A stretch of DNA of 63,980 nucleotides, filler included, from Thraustochytrium aureum (Eukaryota), in the NCBI GenBank assembly GCA_012862495.1. It is 5 parts of 5 records of this genome, joined end to end, with 100 filler letters (N's around TTAATTAATTAA, not from the genome) between each part and the next. Parts side by side here need not be neighbours in the genome. Positions count along the whole stretch, not along the records: positions 24,785 to 52,016 come from BLSG01000073.1; 4 more parts are not named here. The stretch is one strand, 5' to 3'. Of the stretch, positions 34,014-46,073 are shown in pieces. How positions within the stretch are numbered: the first letter of the stretch is position 1; the number at the start of each line of letters is the position of its first letter. The position numbers and the translations under genes are program-made. The notes under the pieces were generated by a model, which was not told where the DNA came from, searched no databases, and was given only the letters and a program-made list of their open reading frames with translations.

Positions 34014-35888
34014 ATGCTTTGCAATTTCGCGGTGGGGCGCGCGCTTCTGCTCTCCGGGAGACGACTCGCGCGCGCACAGGGCGGTCGGTGGCCGCTCGCC
34101 TCTGGCACCGCCGCGAGCTGCGCAGCACGACCGGCGCCGCTGCCTCGGCCCGTGTGCGGTGGCGGCCTCGCGCTGCTACACGACGCAAGGTTTGAGAGAA
34201 AGGCGCGGCCGGACGCCAAGATCGAAAACATGCAGAACGACGACGGGGGAAGCAAGAAGCGGCGGCGCGTCCTGACGCCCGAAGAGCGAGAGGAGAAGCG
34301 GCAAGCGAGGGAGAAGAGGGTCCTCGACCAAATCGAAAGGGCCGCCAAGAACGACCCCGAAGGCGCCAAGAGGCGGCTGTTGCGGTTCAAGTTTGACGAG
34401 TTTTTGCGCTCCTCGAACCACGAAGGGTTTCTCGCGTTTTATCGCCAAGAGAAGGAACTGGTCTTTGGCAGCCCGCAGATGGCGCCGGGCGCGCTGCGCC
34501 TCCTCACCGACGCCTCAGCGGTAGAGGAGGCCGAGGAGCTGATCACCGTTGTCGCCAAGACGCCCAAGATGGTCACCGAGCCCCTGTTCGCGAGCCTCGC
34601 TCGTCTGTACGCGTCCACCGCGAGCGCCGACAAAGCGCTCAAGATGATTGAGGTGATGCGCTCGGCGGGGCTCGAGCCGCGCCGGCGCACCTTTAAGCAC
34701 ATCGCCAACGCGTGCTCCCAGGTCTTCACTTCCGCCGAGGAGATTCCCAAGATCGAGGCGCTGTTCAAGGACATGAAGGAGACGGTCGCCAAAGAGGACG
34801 GCATGCTGTATCCCACCGAGGAAAACTACCTCGAGTTTTTGAACTGCTATCTGGCCATGGCCCGCGCGCACGCTGCGAAAGGCGAAGATGAGATGACACT
34901 GCGCGCCATCGAGTCGTTTGACGGGATCCTGGAGGAAACCTTTGAGGACGTGCTCATTCCGGGCGACGAAATTGTCCAGAGCTGCCTCGAGCGCTTTCGT
35001 CTCGACCCCAAGTACAGCTGGGCGGTCACGACCGACGTGCACGTCGACCATGCCTCGTCCCTCTGCAAGTGCTGCGGCACCAAGCTGCAGCCGAAAGACA
35101 TCGGGCCGGAGGCCCTCGCCGAGCTCATCGCGCAAGTCGACACCATCCCAGAAAAGCTGTTGGGCAAGCTCAGCAAGCCCATCGCCAGCGCCTGGGCCTT
35201 CGTCAAGGACTTTACCAGCAGGAACAAGGGAGCCGTCAAGTACATCGTTGACGGCGCCAACGTGGCTTTCAAGGGGTCCAACCCGCCCAAGTTTTCCTTC
35301 TCGATCCTCTTCGACGTGGTCAACAAGCTCCCGCACGCCGGCAACGCCTGCGTCGTCGTCATCCACGAAAATAACTTTAATCCCAAACGGATGACCCCAG
35401 AAGACCAAACCGCTCTCGTGGAGCTCAAGAAGATCGCTCACGTCATAAGGGTCCCGCATGGCGCCAACGACGACTGGTTCTGGCTCTTTCTCGCGCTCAA
35501 CTTGAGCGGCTCAGTCAAGCTCGTCTCCAACGACATCATGCGAGACCACGCGTTCGAGCTGTTGCAGCCCCGGACCTTTCAGCGATGGAAAGACCGCCAC
35601 CAGACCTTCTTTGAGTTTCGGCGCGGCTGGACCTCTGCGCAGGACCTCCAGCTCATCGAGCCGCTCCCCTACTCGCGCCGGGCGCAGATCCTAGACTGCG
35701 AGGTTCAAGGTGCGGAGGCGGCGAAGAGCTTTCACTTTGTCAACCCTGCCAGCCTGGAGCCCATCCTCGCCGCGGACGCTGTGGACTCGGGCAAGGTTGC
35801 GCACGTCAAACAGCGCGAGCTGGACCCGCTCAAGCCGGTCAACTGGATCTGTGTCGTGCCAACGCTGCGGCCAACGGCAGCAGAATAG
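34014..35888 (+). CDS. PRORP: Protein-only RNase P (PPR + Zn site + NYN nuclease)
   Basis: PPR-like helices (MRSAGLEPRRRTF), CKCC Zn ligands, IVDGANVA, GANDDWFWL, LVSNDIMRDH, FHF...WIC. Confidence 0.93.
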   Translation: MLCNFAVGRALLLSGRRLARAQGGRWPLASGTAASCAARPAPLPRPVCGGGLALLHDARFERKARPDAKIENMQNDDGGSKKRRRVLTPEEREEKRQAREKRVLDQIERAAKNDPEGAKRRLLRFKFDEFLRSSNHEGFLAFYRQEKELVFGSPQMAPGALRLLTDASAVEEAEELITVVAKTPKMVTEPLFASLARLYASTASADKALKMIEVMRSAGLEPRRRTFKHIANACSQVFTSAEEIPKIEALFKDMKETVAKEDGMLYPTEENYLEFLNCYLAMARAHAAKGEDEMTLRAIESFDGILEETFEDVLIPGDEIVQSCLERFRLDPKYSWAVTTDVHVDHASSLCKCCGTKLQPKDIGPEALAELIAQVDTIPEKLLGKLSKPIASAWAFVKDFTSRNKGAVKYIVDGANVAFKGSNPPKFSFSILFDVVNKLPHAGNACVVVIHENNFNPKRMTPEDQTALVELKKIAHVIRVPHGANDDWFWLFLALNLSGSVKLVSNDIMRDHAFELLQPRTFQRWKDRHQTFFEFRRGWTSAQDLQLIEPLPYSRRAQILDCEVQGAEAAKSFHFVNPASLEPILAADAVDSGKVAHVKQRELDPLKPVNWICVVPTLRPTAAE

Positions 35889-36907
35889 GTAGAGTAGATT
35901 CCATTCCGTTTCGCGCAAAATCGTGCAGCAAGCNNNNNNNNNNNNNNNNNNNNNNNNNNNNNNNNNNNNNNNNNNNNNNNNNNNNNNNNNNNNNNNNNNN
36001 NNNNNNNNNNNNNNNNNNNNNNNNNNNNNNNNNNNNNNNNNNNNNNNNNNNNNNNNNNNNNNNNNNNNNNNNNNNNNNNNNNNNNNNNNNNNNNNNNNNN
36101 NNNNNNNNNNNNNNNNNNNNNNNNNNNNNNNNNNNNNNNNNNNNNNNNNNNNNNNNNNNNNNNNNNNNNNNATAGTGATCCAATCGTTGCGATCGATGCC
36201 CCATGAGCGCGCTCGGCAGCGCAGCACACCGTCAAGCTGACGGCAGCGCGTCCGCAGTACACCGGTAGCCATGCCAGCACATGCCGGCAGTGATGACGCT
36301 TGAGACCAAATAGGCCCAGCACGTGAAACGACGCACGGAATTGTCATGGTGTGCACAAGCACGACTTTTGAGAGAAAATCATGGGCTCGAAAGGTGTGCG
36401 CGGCTCACTCGCGCACCGACCGCTGCCAAAAACGAGGCAGTCAATTCAGAGCAAGCCTTGCCAAAGGCCCCAAGGCCCACTTCTGTGCTCCAAGTAGATT
36501 GTCTCTACCCAGTACTCACATGATGATCAGCATGAATCAAGGACCGATCTTCCCACCATCCCGCTTGCAGCGGGCGCGTATCCCAGGATCGCATTTCCGA
36601 GTCAGGCCCTCCGAGTTGAAGAAGGAAAGCGTCTGTCGAACCACCCCCTCTCCATCAGAAGTCGTCTGAGGACAACGATTCGCCTCATCAGCTCGACCAC
36701 CAATTCGTCTGGCCTGCCTCCTTTTCCCTGCATGCGCTGTTGTTGGCAGATCTGACTCCTTGGATGCGTTGCTCTGAAGATTCCTGTTCATTCTGACTCT
36801 TTTGCTCAGGCACTGCTCAGGCTGTTGTTTGTCGCATCTGATGCGTTGCGTTGATGCGTTGCGCCGAAAGATTTCTGATTTTGGTCAGGCTCATCGGTTG
36901 CACACCG

Positions 36908-37575
36908 ATGTGCTCCAACTTGGTCACCGTGCCGGCAGGACAGACGGCGGCCTGCCAGTCACGTGAAATTCCATTTGCCCAGAGCTTTGAACAGTCCCGC
37001 AACGCAGTTCGACACAGCAAGCAGCACCAGCAGCAACAGGCACCAGCAGCAGCAGACACCAGCAGCACCGCGGGGCAGAAGCATCGAACAGCCAGCAAGG
37101 AAAGCAGCACTGCCCAAGGAGGAACTAAAAGGACCAACGCGGACTGGACTATCCAAGAAGTCGATCAAGTTCGAGCACCATGGTCATGTCATTTGAAGTA
37201 GTGATGTCTGCGGTGGACCGTGCACGCCACAATTTGGGCCTAATCAAGGTCCTTCACGAGCGGCGAAAGCACTACTTCTGGCGCCTGGGCGAGCTCCAGT
37301 CTGTGATCCGCCAAGTCGAGGGCGCCTCGCTCAGGCAACTCTACGAGGTTGTCGTGCGTTTTGGGGTGCTGCTTGAGAAGTTAGGACGGGGAAGAGTGGT
37401 TCGACAAGACGAACGCATTCGTTCAGTCCCAAGAGCAACTGAAGGAGCTCGAGGAGAGCGACAAGAAGCTCGAAGCTATCATCTCCGCACATTTGCTCAA
37501 GTCTAGGTTTCGGCCGAAATCAACGGCGGTGTTTGACCAGCGACGGTTCGATGCCGACAAGAGAACGACTTCAAC
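36908..37575 (+). CDS. Hypothetical protein, frameshifted, runs into gap
   Basis: Chain of same-strand ORFs (Q-rich, then helical/coiled EQLKELEESDKKLEAII); acceptor-like CTGAC..CAG sites upstream; no family recognised. Confidence 0.3.
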
Positions 37576-38426
37576 NNNNNNNNNNNNNNNNNNNNNNNNN
37601 NNNNNNNNNNNNNNNNNNNNNNNNNNNNNNNNNNNNNNNNNNNNNNNNNNNNNNNNNNNNNNNNNNNNNNNNNNNNNNNNNNNNNNNNNNNNNNNNNNNN
37701 NNNNNNNNNNNNNNNNNNNNNNNNNNNNNNNNNNNNNNNNNNNNNNNNNNNNNNNNNNNNNNNNNNNNNNNNNNNNNNNNNNNNNNNNNNNNNNNNNNNN
37801 NNNNNNNNNNNNNNNNNNNNNNNNNNNNNNNNNNNNNNNNNNNNNNNNNNNNNNNNNNNNNNNNNNNNNNNNNNNNNNNNNNNNNNNNNNNNNNNNNNNN
37901 NNNNNNNNNNNNNNNNNNNNNNNNNNNNNNNNNNNNNNNNNNNNNNNNNNNNNNNNNNNNNNNNNNNNNNNNNNNNNNNNNNNNNNNNNNNNNNNNNNNN
38001 NNNNNNNNNNNNNNNNNNNNNNNNNNNNNNNNNNNNNNNNNNNNNNNNNNNNNNNNNNNNNNNNNNNNNNNNNNNNNNNNNNNNNNNNNNNNNNNNNNNN
38101 NNNNNNNNNNNNNNNNNNNNNNNNNNNNNNNNNNNNNNNNNNNNNNNNNNNNNNNNNNNNNNNNNNNNNNNNNNNNNNNNNNNNNNNNNNNNNNNNNNNN
38201 NNNNNNNNNNNNNNNNNNNNNNNNNNNNNNNNNNNNNNNNNNNNNNNNNNNNNNNNNNNNNNNNNNNNNNNNNNNNNNNNNNNNNNNNNNNNNNNNNNNN
38301 NNNNNNNNNNNNNNNNNNNNNNNNNNNNNNNNNNNNNNNNNNNNNNNNNNNNNNNNNNNNNNNNNNNNNNNNNNNNNNNNNNNNNNNNNNNNNNNNNNNN
38401 NNNNNNNNNNNNNNNNNNNNNNNNNN

Positions 38427-41097
38427 GCGGCCGCTGGCTGCCTCCATCGTCGCTGCGGCGTCGAGCGGCGGGTCTCGGGCCGCGAGGCCGCTCTGCGCCT
38501 GTGCAGGTTGGTCGCCGAGGGAACGCTGCCCTGCCTCAGCCTCTTGCCACTCCCAGACAAGGCCGAGCTCCTTGAGGGCTGGCTCGTGGCACAGGCAGCC
38601 ATTGTTTCTGCGGCCGGGCCGTTGTTGGCGGCTCGCGCCGCCGAGTCGCTTGTCGCCTCGCATGGGGCGCGCGTGGAGCTCGCACGGAGTAGTTTGAGAG
38701 CGCTGGCGGTGCGCGTGGCGTTGTACGAGTTTGCCTCCGCTCTTGTGAACGCCCTCGGGCCGGAGCAGGTTTGGGTGGCCATAGAGCAGACCGCGCTGCG
38801 GGTTTGCTGTGCACAAGCTGACCTTGGTGGGCAGGCCGCGCGCACGGTGCTGGACGATATTGTCCTCGCGCTGTGCGCTGCAGGTGCTGCGGCGCGGAGC
38901 TCGGAGGTGTCGAGGTCCTCCGCGCTGCGACTTGGTGCTCTCTTTGTTGAGAAAGGGTTTGATCGAGCGGGCGCTAGCTCCAGCGAGGCGAGCGCCGTGG
39001 CTCTCGTCGCTGAGGGCCACCGGATCGCCGAGCTTGCCGCTGCCTCGGAGCCCCAAGTGTACTCGTCGTGGCTCCTCGAGTCTGTTGCAGGCTACTTCCG
39101 GCAGCGCTCAAGCCACGGGACGTCGGCTCCCCCGGGCAGGTCCGGCGCGCCGACAAGGCACTGCAGATCGCCTGGGTCGCGCTGCTGCCGCTGCAAGCGC
39201 GATTTGCAGCGCAGGCGCACGCTCGGGCTTTGGAAGCGCACCAGGTCGTTTTTGCCACAGACCGCGCTGCGGTAGCCCGTTATACCGAGGCGTTTGATTT
39301 GCAGTGCCAGGCAGATGCATTGCAAGCCGCGCCTTTCGCTCGCGATAACGGGGCGCCGAGAAAGCGACAGCGCCAATCTGGCGCTGGCGAGTCTGTGGGA
39401 GGCGCTTTCACCGCAAATTTTGCTCGCGGCCTCGTGCGAAGCTGCCAGAGTCGTGTTCCACGAGAGTTGCTGGAGCGGCTTGGGGAGGTGGAACCCCGCT
39501 TCCTCCGCACCGCGGTTGTGCCTTGCCTCGTCTACACGCAGGCTTGGCTCTCCCGCGCTGAACCGACACCGATAGCCGAGCAGCGCGCGGCAGGGTCGCG
39601 CCTTGTCGTGGCCCTTGCGACGCAAGTGGACCCGCCTCTCGTCTCGAGTGAGACGTTCCGCAAGTGGAGTCGTTCGCAAGGCACCGTTGGCAGCGCGGCG
39701 ATGATTCTGAGCGCCTCGCCGCCCACGTTGCCTTCTGGTCTGCTGACTAGAGCGGCCCCACGTGTCGCTGCGCTCGAGGATCTCGAAGCTGTCTTGGGCT
39801 CACTCCACGAGCTCCATAGCGGCGAACGCTTGGCGGCTTGCATTCAGTCAGCGCTTGCAGCTCGTGTCCAACCTGTGGAGGCTGCTGACGCGATATTGCG
39901 CGCTCTTTCTGTATGCATCCCGGGGTTCGAGGAGCAGGTGTCTCTGGCGCTCTCCATAGTCCACGAAATCGCTCCGAGGTGCATGCGGCCCTGTTTGCCA
40001 AGCTGCGCTCACTCTCCGCAAGCCCGAGCGCATCGATATTGAGGCACGACCCGGCGGCTCTTGGAGCAGCTGTGCGCCGATGGGCGGGTCCTGCATCAGA
40101 GGTCGAGTCTCTCGCCCAAAGCCTGTGCGAAGCCATCGCGTCGGTTGGGGACGAGCCTGACGGTCCGAGCTGGGCCAGGGCGGTTTCAGCCAGTTGTGCG
40201 CCGGAGCCTCTGCCGGCTGCGGCCGCCTGGGTGGAGTCAAGATGCCGCTTCCTCACCGACCGCGCAGCGAACTTAGACCAGGCGCCTCCGGGCCGCGCGC
40301 CTCTCGGCTTCCGGCTCTGGCTTGACCTAGAGGCGGTGGCCGAGCGGCGCGGGCGCCAGAGCGCTGGCAAGCTCGTCGCCTGGTCTCTGCACTGCCGTCG
40401 CGCGTGGTTTGGCGAGCTGGACTCCGCGTTTGTCCTTAGCGCAGCGCTGCCAGTGGCCCTGCCGTTGCCGACCGCCGAGTCTGCCACTGGGAACTGTTTG
40501 GCCACACCGCGCGACAGCCTTGCGTTTGCGCTTGGCTTGGTTCTGGGTGAACCAGCGCCGGCTCGAGAGGGCGCCTGTCAAGCGTACTTTGCTCGAGCGT
40601 ACAAGGGTCGAACTGAGTCGCCCTCCCTGCCGCCTTGCACTCTTGCAATCGCCGTGACGCTGATGGGGGGGTCCCAGCGCACAAGCGATTCGTCGAGCAC
40701 AATCCTGTTTTCCAGCACGCGGAACTCGAGCACCGAGAGTACTGAGGGCAAAGCGAGTCGACCTTGAGCAAAGTGAGAGAGGGTTGCTTTTCGCTTGCAA
40801 GAGCGCCACTGGACCTGGTAGCGCAAGTCACGGTGCACGTCTTGGCGCGTTGTCTTTTTGTTTCTATTCGTAGAGCTACAGCACGGTGTTTTCGTTCCCA
40901 AGTTGGAATCCCAACACGTCACAAATCGAGCGCGAGCAGTGTCACACCCGCCAGCGCCGTCGCGGCGTCCGAAAGGCTGCATGGCGAACGTCGCGTGGCT
41001 TTCAAGTACGGTCACGACCCAAAACTGCAATGATGAAGAGCTCCTGGTATGCTGGTGGCTGAGACCTCAGCCCTGCGCCACGTCCGAGGCAGTTTGA
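38427..41097 (+). CDS. Large alpha-solenoid protein, possibly remote FANCA-like; start in gap; several frameshifts
   Basis: Consecutive Leu/Ala-rich helical ORFs joined by indels near 39100, 39980 and 40600-40860; colinear motif resemblance to FANCA (see findings). Confidence 0.55.
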
Positions 41098-41325
41098 TGC
41101 CTCTCCCATTCCACGCGTCAACGCAGTTCTCGCACCTGCCAAGCCTGCACTCGCAAGTTTGAGGCCTCCTCCGAGTCATTGACTACTTCGGCGCTTCCAA
41201 TGGGCGCTTCCATTGCTTTCTCAAGTCCATGGTTGTCTCACCAAACTCATGGGCCGATTCGCCGAGCACAGTCCCATCTTTCAATCGAGGTCTTGATTGA
41301 TCTCAAGAGCAAAGGAAATTGGCAC

Positions 41326-44300
41326 TCAGCGGCTGCCCTGGCCCTGGGATTGGTACAGCTTGGCGTAAGCGCCGCCCTTGGCGAGCAGCTCCTCGTGCGA
41401 GCCGAGCTCGACAATGACACCATGGTCGACCACCGCAATCTGGTCGGCGCCCTGGATCGTCGAGAGGCGGTGCGCAATGACGATCGTCGTGCGCTTCGAC
41501 TCGGACATGAGCTTGTCGAGCGTCTCCTGCACAATGCGCTCGCTTTCGTTGTCGAGTGCAGACGTGGCTTCGTCGAGGAGCAAAACCTCCGGGTTGCGGA
41601 TGATGGCGCGCGCCAGGCAGATGCGCTGCTTCTGGCCGCCCGAGAGCTGCGAGCCCTTCTCTCCAACGAGGGTCTGGTACTTGTCAGGGAATGACATTAT
41701 AAAGTCGTGCGCATTGGCAGCCCTTGCGGCAGCGATGATCTGCTCCTCGGTGACCGGGACATCGTCGGCAGATCCCTTGCTGGCTACGCCGTAGGCTATG
41801 TTTTCAAAGATCGTGGTGCCGAAGAGCTGCGGCTCTTGCTGCACAAAGCCGAGCTTGGCGCGGAGCCAGGCCGTGTTCGCCTTCTTGGTGTCGATGCCGT
41901 GATACAACGTGGACCCCTTGTCGGCATCGTAAAAGCGCTCCAGCAGGCTGATCCCCGTGCTCTTGCCGGATCCAGAGGCGCCGCACAGGGCCACGGTGGT
42001 GCCGGCCTTGACCGTGAGCGTGAAAGACTTGAGAATCTGCGCGTCGGGGCGCGACGGATAGCTAAAGTCGACGTCTGTGAAGACAATGTCGCTACCCTGC
42101 TCGGCCCCTTCCTTGGCCCCCGCCGGGTCGAGCGGGTCGCAGGCAGACTTGCGGTCGATGATCCGGAACACGTTGGAGACGGAAACGGAGGCCTTGGCCA
42201 CGTCGGGCGCCATCGCGGCGCTCTGGCCCATCCCAAGGCCCGCCATGACGACCGCGAAGAANNNNNNNNNNNNNNNNNNNNNNNNNNNNNNNNNNNNNNN
42301 NNNNNNNNNNNNNNNNNNNNNNNNNNNNNNNNNNNNNNNNNNNNNNNNNNNNNNNNNNNNNNNNNNNNNNNNNNNNNNNNNNNNNNNNNNNNNNNNNNNN
42401 NNNNNNNNNNNNNNNNNNNNNNNNNNNNNNNNNNNNNNNNNNNNNNNNNNNNNNNNNNNNNNNNNNNNNNNNNNNNNNNNNNNNNNNNNNNNNNNNNNNN
42501 NNNNNNNNNNNNNNNNNNNNNNNNNNNNNNNNNNNNNNNNNNNNNNNNNNNNNNNNNNNNNNNNNNNNNNNNNNNNNNNNNNNNNNNNNNNNNNNNNNNN
42601 NNNNNNNNNNNNNNNNNNNNNTTGAATCCGGTCGATTTCGGGTGCTTGGGGGTTCTGGGCATCCGCTCATCCGTTGCTCTCGGCGCTCTCGTCCGCGCTG
42701 TTGTCCTCGCCAGCGGCAAGGATGCTGCCCTGCTTGCCCGCAGACGCAGAGTCCCCCGAGCTAGGCTCTTTGGTCGACGCCCCGCGCGCGCTGGGGTGCG
42801 AGCTGCCACGACGCTCCGAGGGCTCCGACGAGTCGATGATCTCGGCGAGGCTGGCCTCTTTGCTAGACACTTGCGAGCGCTGTGCAGCCGAGATGAGGGC
42901 GGCATAGTGGCCATCGAGGGCCGTCAGCTCGTCATGCGACCCCTGTTCGAGGACCCCGCCGCGGCCGAGCACGACGATCTTGTCAGCGTTGCGGACGGTG
43001 CTGAGCCGGTGCGCTATGGTGATGGTCGTACGCTTCTTCTGCGTCAAAAGGTTGTCCAGCGCGGCCTGCACGACGCGCTCGCTCTCGTTGTCGAGGGCCG
43101 AGGTGGCCTCGTCGAGGATGAGGAGCGTCGGGTCGCGGATGATGGCGCGAGCGATGGCAATGCGCTGCTTTTGGCCGCCGGAGAGCGAGGAGCCGCGCTC
43201 GCCCACAAACGTATCGAATCCCTGGGGCAGGTCGTCGATAAAATTGAGCGCGTTTGCAAGGCGGGCCGCCTGCTCGATGTCAGCCCGGGTCACGCTGACG
43301 CCGTGGGGGCCCCGTAGGCGATGTTTTGCGCGATCGTTGTGGCAAAGAGCACGGGCTCTTGGCCCACGAGGCCGATCTTGTTGCGCCACCAGGCCAGGTC
43401 GAGGTCGCGGAGGTCGATCCCGTCGAGCGCGACGACGCCGTCTTGGGGGTCGTAGAAGCGCTGTACCAGCTGCGTCACGGTCGACTTGCCGCAGCCGGAG
43501 CCGCCGACGAGCGCGACGGTCTGGCCTGCCTTGACTTCCAGGTTGAGCCCCGCAAATATGGCCTGCTCGGGGCGGCTCGGGTAGAAAAAGCTGATGTTGG
43601 TTAGGGTGATGTCGCCTTGCACTTGGTCCAAGCGCCGGCCGTCCTTTTTCGACTGGATCTTGGGGACGCGATCAAGGACGGAGTAGATCTTGGCGGCCGC
43701 GACCCGGGCGTTGACCAGGGCAGAGATGCTGGGCGAGGCTTGTCCCAGGGCAAAGGCGCCCATGACGACGGCGAAGAAGACCATGATGATGTCCCCGCCC
43801 TGGGCGCAATCCGACTCTGGGTTGGTGCAGCCGCACTTGCAGGCGACGCAGCGGCACACGTCAGCGAGGGTTTCAAAGACGTAGGTGCTGTCGAAATTGT
43901 TGTTGATGCAGCCGAGGGTGGCGGCCAGCTCGACACTGACCTCTTGGCTGACTCGGCACTCGGCCGGGGCGGTGGACGGGGGCGGAAACGCCGCGGCCGC
44001 CTCATTGTTAGAGTCGATGACGAGCACCGAGCCGTACCAGAACGCGAGAGCGTACATGAGAAAGTAGCTCCCGAAGGTGAAACCCGTTCCCAAGCCCTGC
44101 GCGCGCGCCTTCTTCACGCCAAACGCCTCGGCCACTTCGAGGTGGGCCTGGTAGCGTTGCGTGAGGCGCTGCTCGATACCAAAGCTCGCCACGGTGCGGA
44201 TCATGCTAAAGGCCTCCTCGGCGACGCCACCCGCAGCGGCATACGCGCCAAGGCCGCCGCTTGTCGTATCGGCCATCGTCTTCATCATGAAGAAGCCACC

Positions 44301-44978
44301 GATGGCCAGCAGCGGGGCGCCAGCCGTAATGACGAGTGTGAGCCTCCAGTTTTGCACAAAGCCGACGATAAACCCGGCCAGGAACATGGACAAGAACTGG
44401 AAGAGGACGCCGAGCTTTTCCCCCATCGACTCGCGGATCACCACCGTGTTTTCCGCGATCTTGCTCGTGAGCTCGCCACTCTTGCAGGCGTCAAACCAGG
44501 CGATTTCCTGGCTTAGGATCGCGCTGAGGTACTCTTTGCGGATGCGGAGGGTTTGCCGCTCGGAGCTGATCGTGAACAGCGCCACCTGGCCCGCGCCTGT
44601 CACAAAGGCGCCGATGCCCACGTAGCCAAACAGCGCGGCGTAGTCGGCTCCGAGGTTGAGGATGGCCTGGTCCGACGTCGCGGTCTGAAAGTCCGTGAAC
44701 AGGTCGCCGAGGATGATGCTAAAGAGGGGCAGCGTGATCCCGGTCGCAGCACCGCAGATTGCGCCGAGAGTCATAAGGATCCAGTCGGTGGTGTCGGCGT
44801 AGTTGAAAAGCTTCCGTAGTGAGACCATACCTTCTTCCGGCTCGCCCTTGCCAGGCTTTCCGGGCCCTGCCTCCATTTCGGCAGCGGCGACGGCGACCAC
44901 CGCATTGCCCTGCGCCCCCCGGGGCTTTGCGGTCGCCACTGCGCCGGCCTTGCCATCCAGCACGCTGTCGTATTCCAT
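41326..44978 (-). CDS. ABCB1: Full-length ABCB (MDR/P-glycoprotein) transporter; TMD2 mostly in gap; frameshift near 43308
   Basis: Two NBDs (GGSGCGKST and GASGSGKST Walker [25 protein letters not shown]); TMD1 with [22 protein letters not shown]. Confidence 0.95.
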
Positions 44979-46073
44979 GGTCTCGCCTCGTGCGCCTTGC
45001 CGGCCTCCTCGTCAGCTCTCGCCTCCCTCGCTCCAACGCTCTTTACCGCCGGCTTGTCGTCGTTTTGCCTCAACTAGCTAGCGCGTCGCTCGGTCAGATG
45101 CCCGCAGTCTTCTTCGAGTCTCCCGCTGGCGGTNNNNNNNNNNNNNNNNNNNNNNNNNNNNNNNNNNNNNNNNNNNNNNNNNNNNNNNNNNNNNNNNNNN
45201 NNNNNNNNNNNNNNNNNNNNNNNNNNNNNNNNNNNNNNNNNNNNNNNNNNNNNNNNNNNNNNNNNNNNNNNNNNNNNNNNNNNNNNNNNNNNNNNNNNNN
45301 NNNNNNNNNNNNNNNNNNNNNNNNNNNNNNNNNNNNNNNNNNNNNNNNNNNNNNNNNNNNNNNNNNNNNNNNNNNNNNNNNNNNNNNNNNNNNNNNNNNN
45401 NNNNNNNNNNNNNNNNNNNNNNNNNNNNNNNNNNNNNNNNNNNNNNNNNNNNNNNNNNNNNNNNNNNNNNNNNNNNNNNNNNNNNNNNNNNNNNNNNNNN
45501 NNNNNNNNNNNNNNNNNNNNNNNNNNNNNNNNNNNNNNNNNNNNNNNNNNNNNNNNNNNNNNNNNNNNNNNNNNNNNNNNNNNNNNNNNNNNNNNNNNNN
45601 NNNNNNNNNNNNNNNNNNNNNNNNNNNNNNNNNNNNNNNNNNNNNNNNNNNNNNNNNNNNNNNNNNNNNNNNNNNNNNNNNNNNNNNNNNNNNNNNNNNN
45701 NNNNNNNNNNNNNNNNNNNNNNNNNNNNNNNNNNNNNNNNNNNNNNNNNNNNNNNNNNNNNNNNNNNNNNNNNNNNNNNNNNNNNNNNNNNNNNNNNNNN
45801 NNNNNNNNNNNNNNNNNNNNNNNNNNNNNNNNNNNNNNNNNNNNNNNNNNNNNNNNNNNNNNNNNNNNNNNNNNNNNNNNNNNNNNNNNNNNNNNNNNNN
45901 NNNNNNNNNNNNNNNNNNNNNNNNNNNNNNNNNNNNNNNNNNNNNNAGAGAGACAGCGCACAACCAAAAGTGGCGAAGAGCCTGACGAATGATGGACGCC
46001 CTTCCGATGTTGACTCACACGAAACGACCGTAGACTTTTGTTTGTTTGTGCGGCCATCAAGCTATATTTGTCT

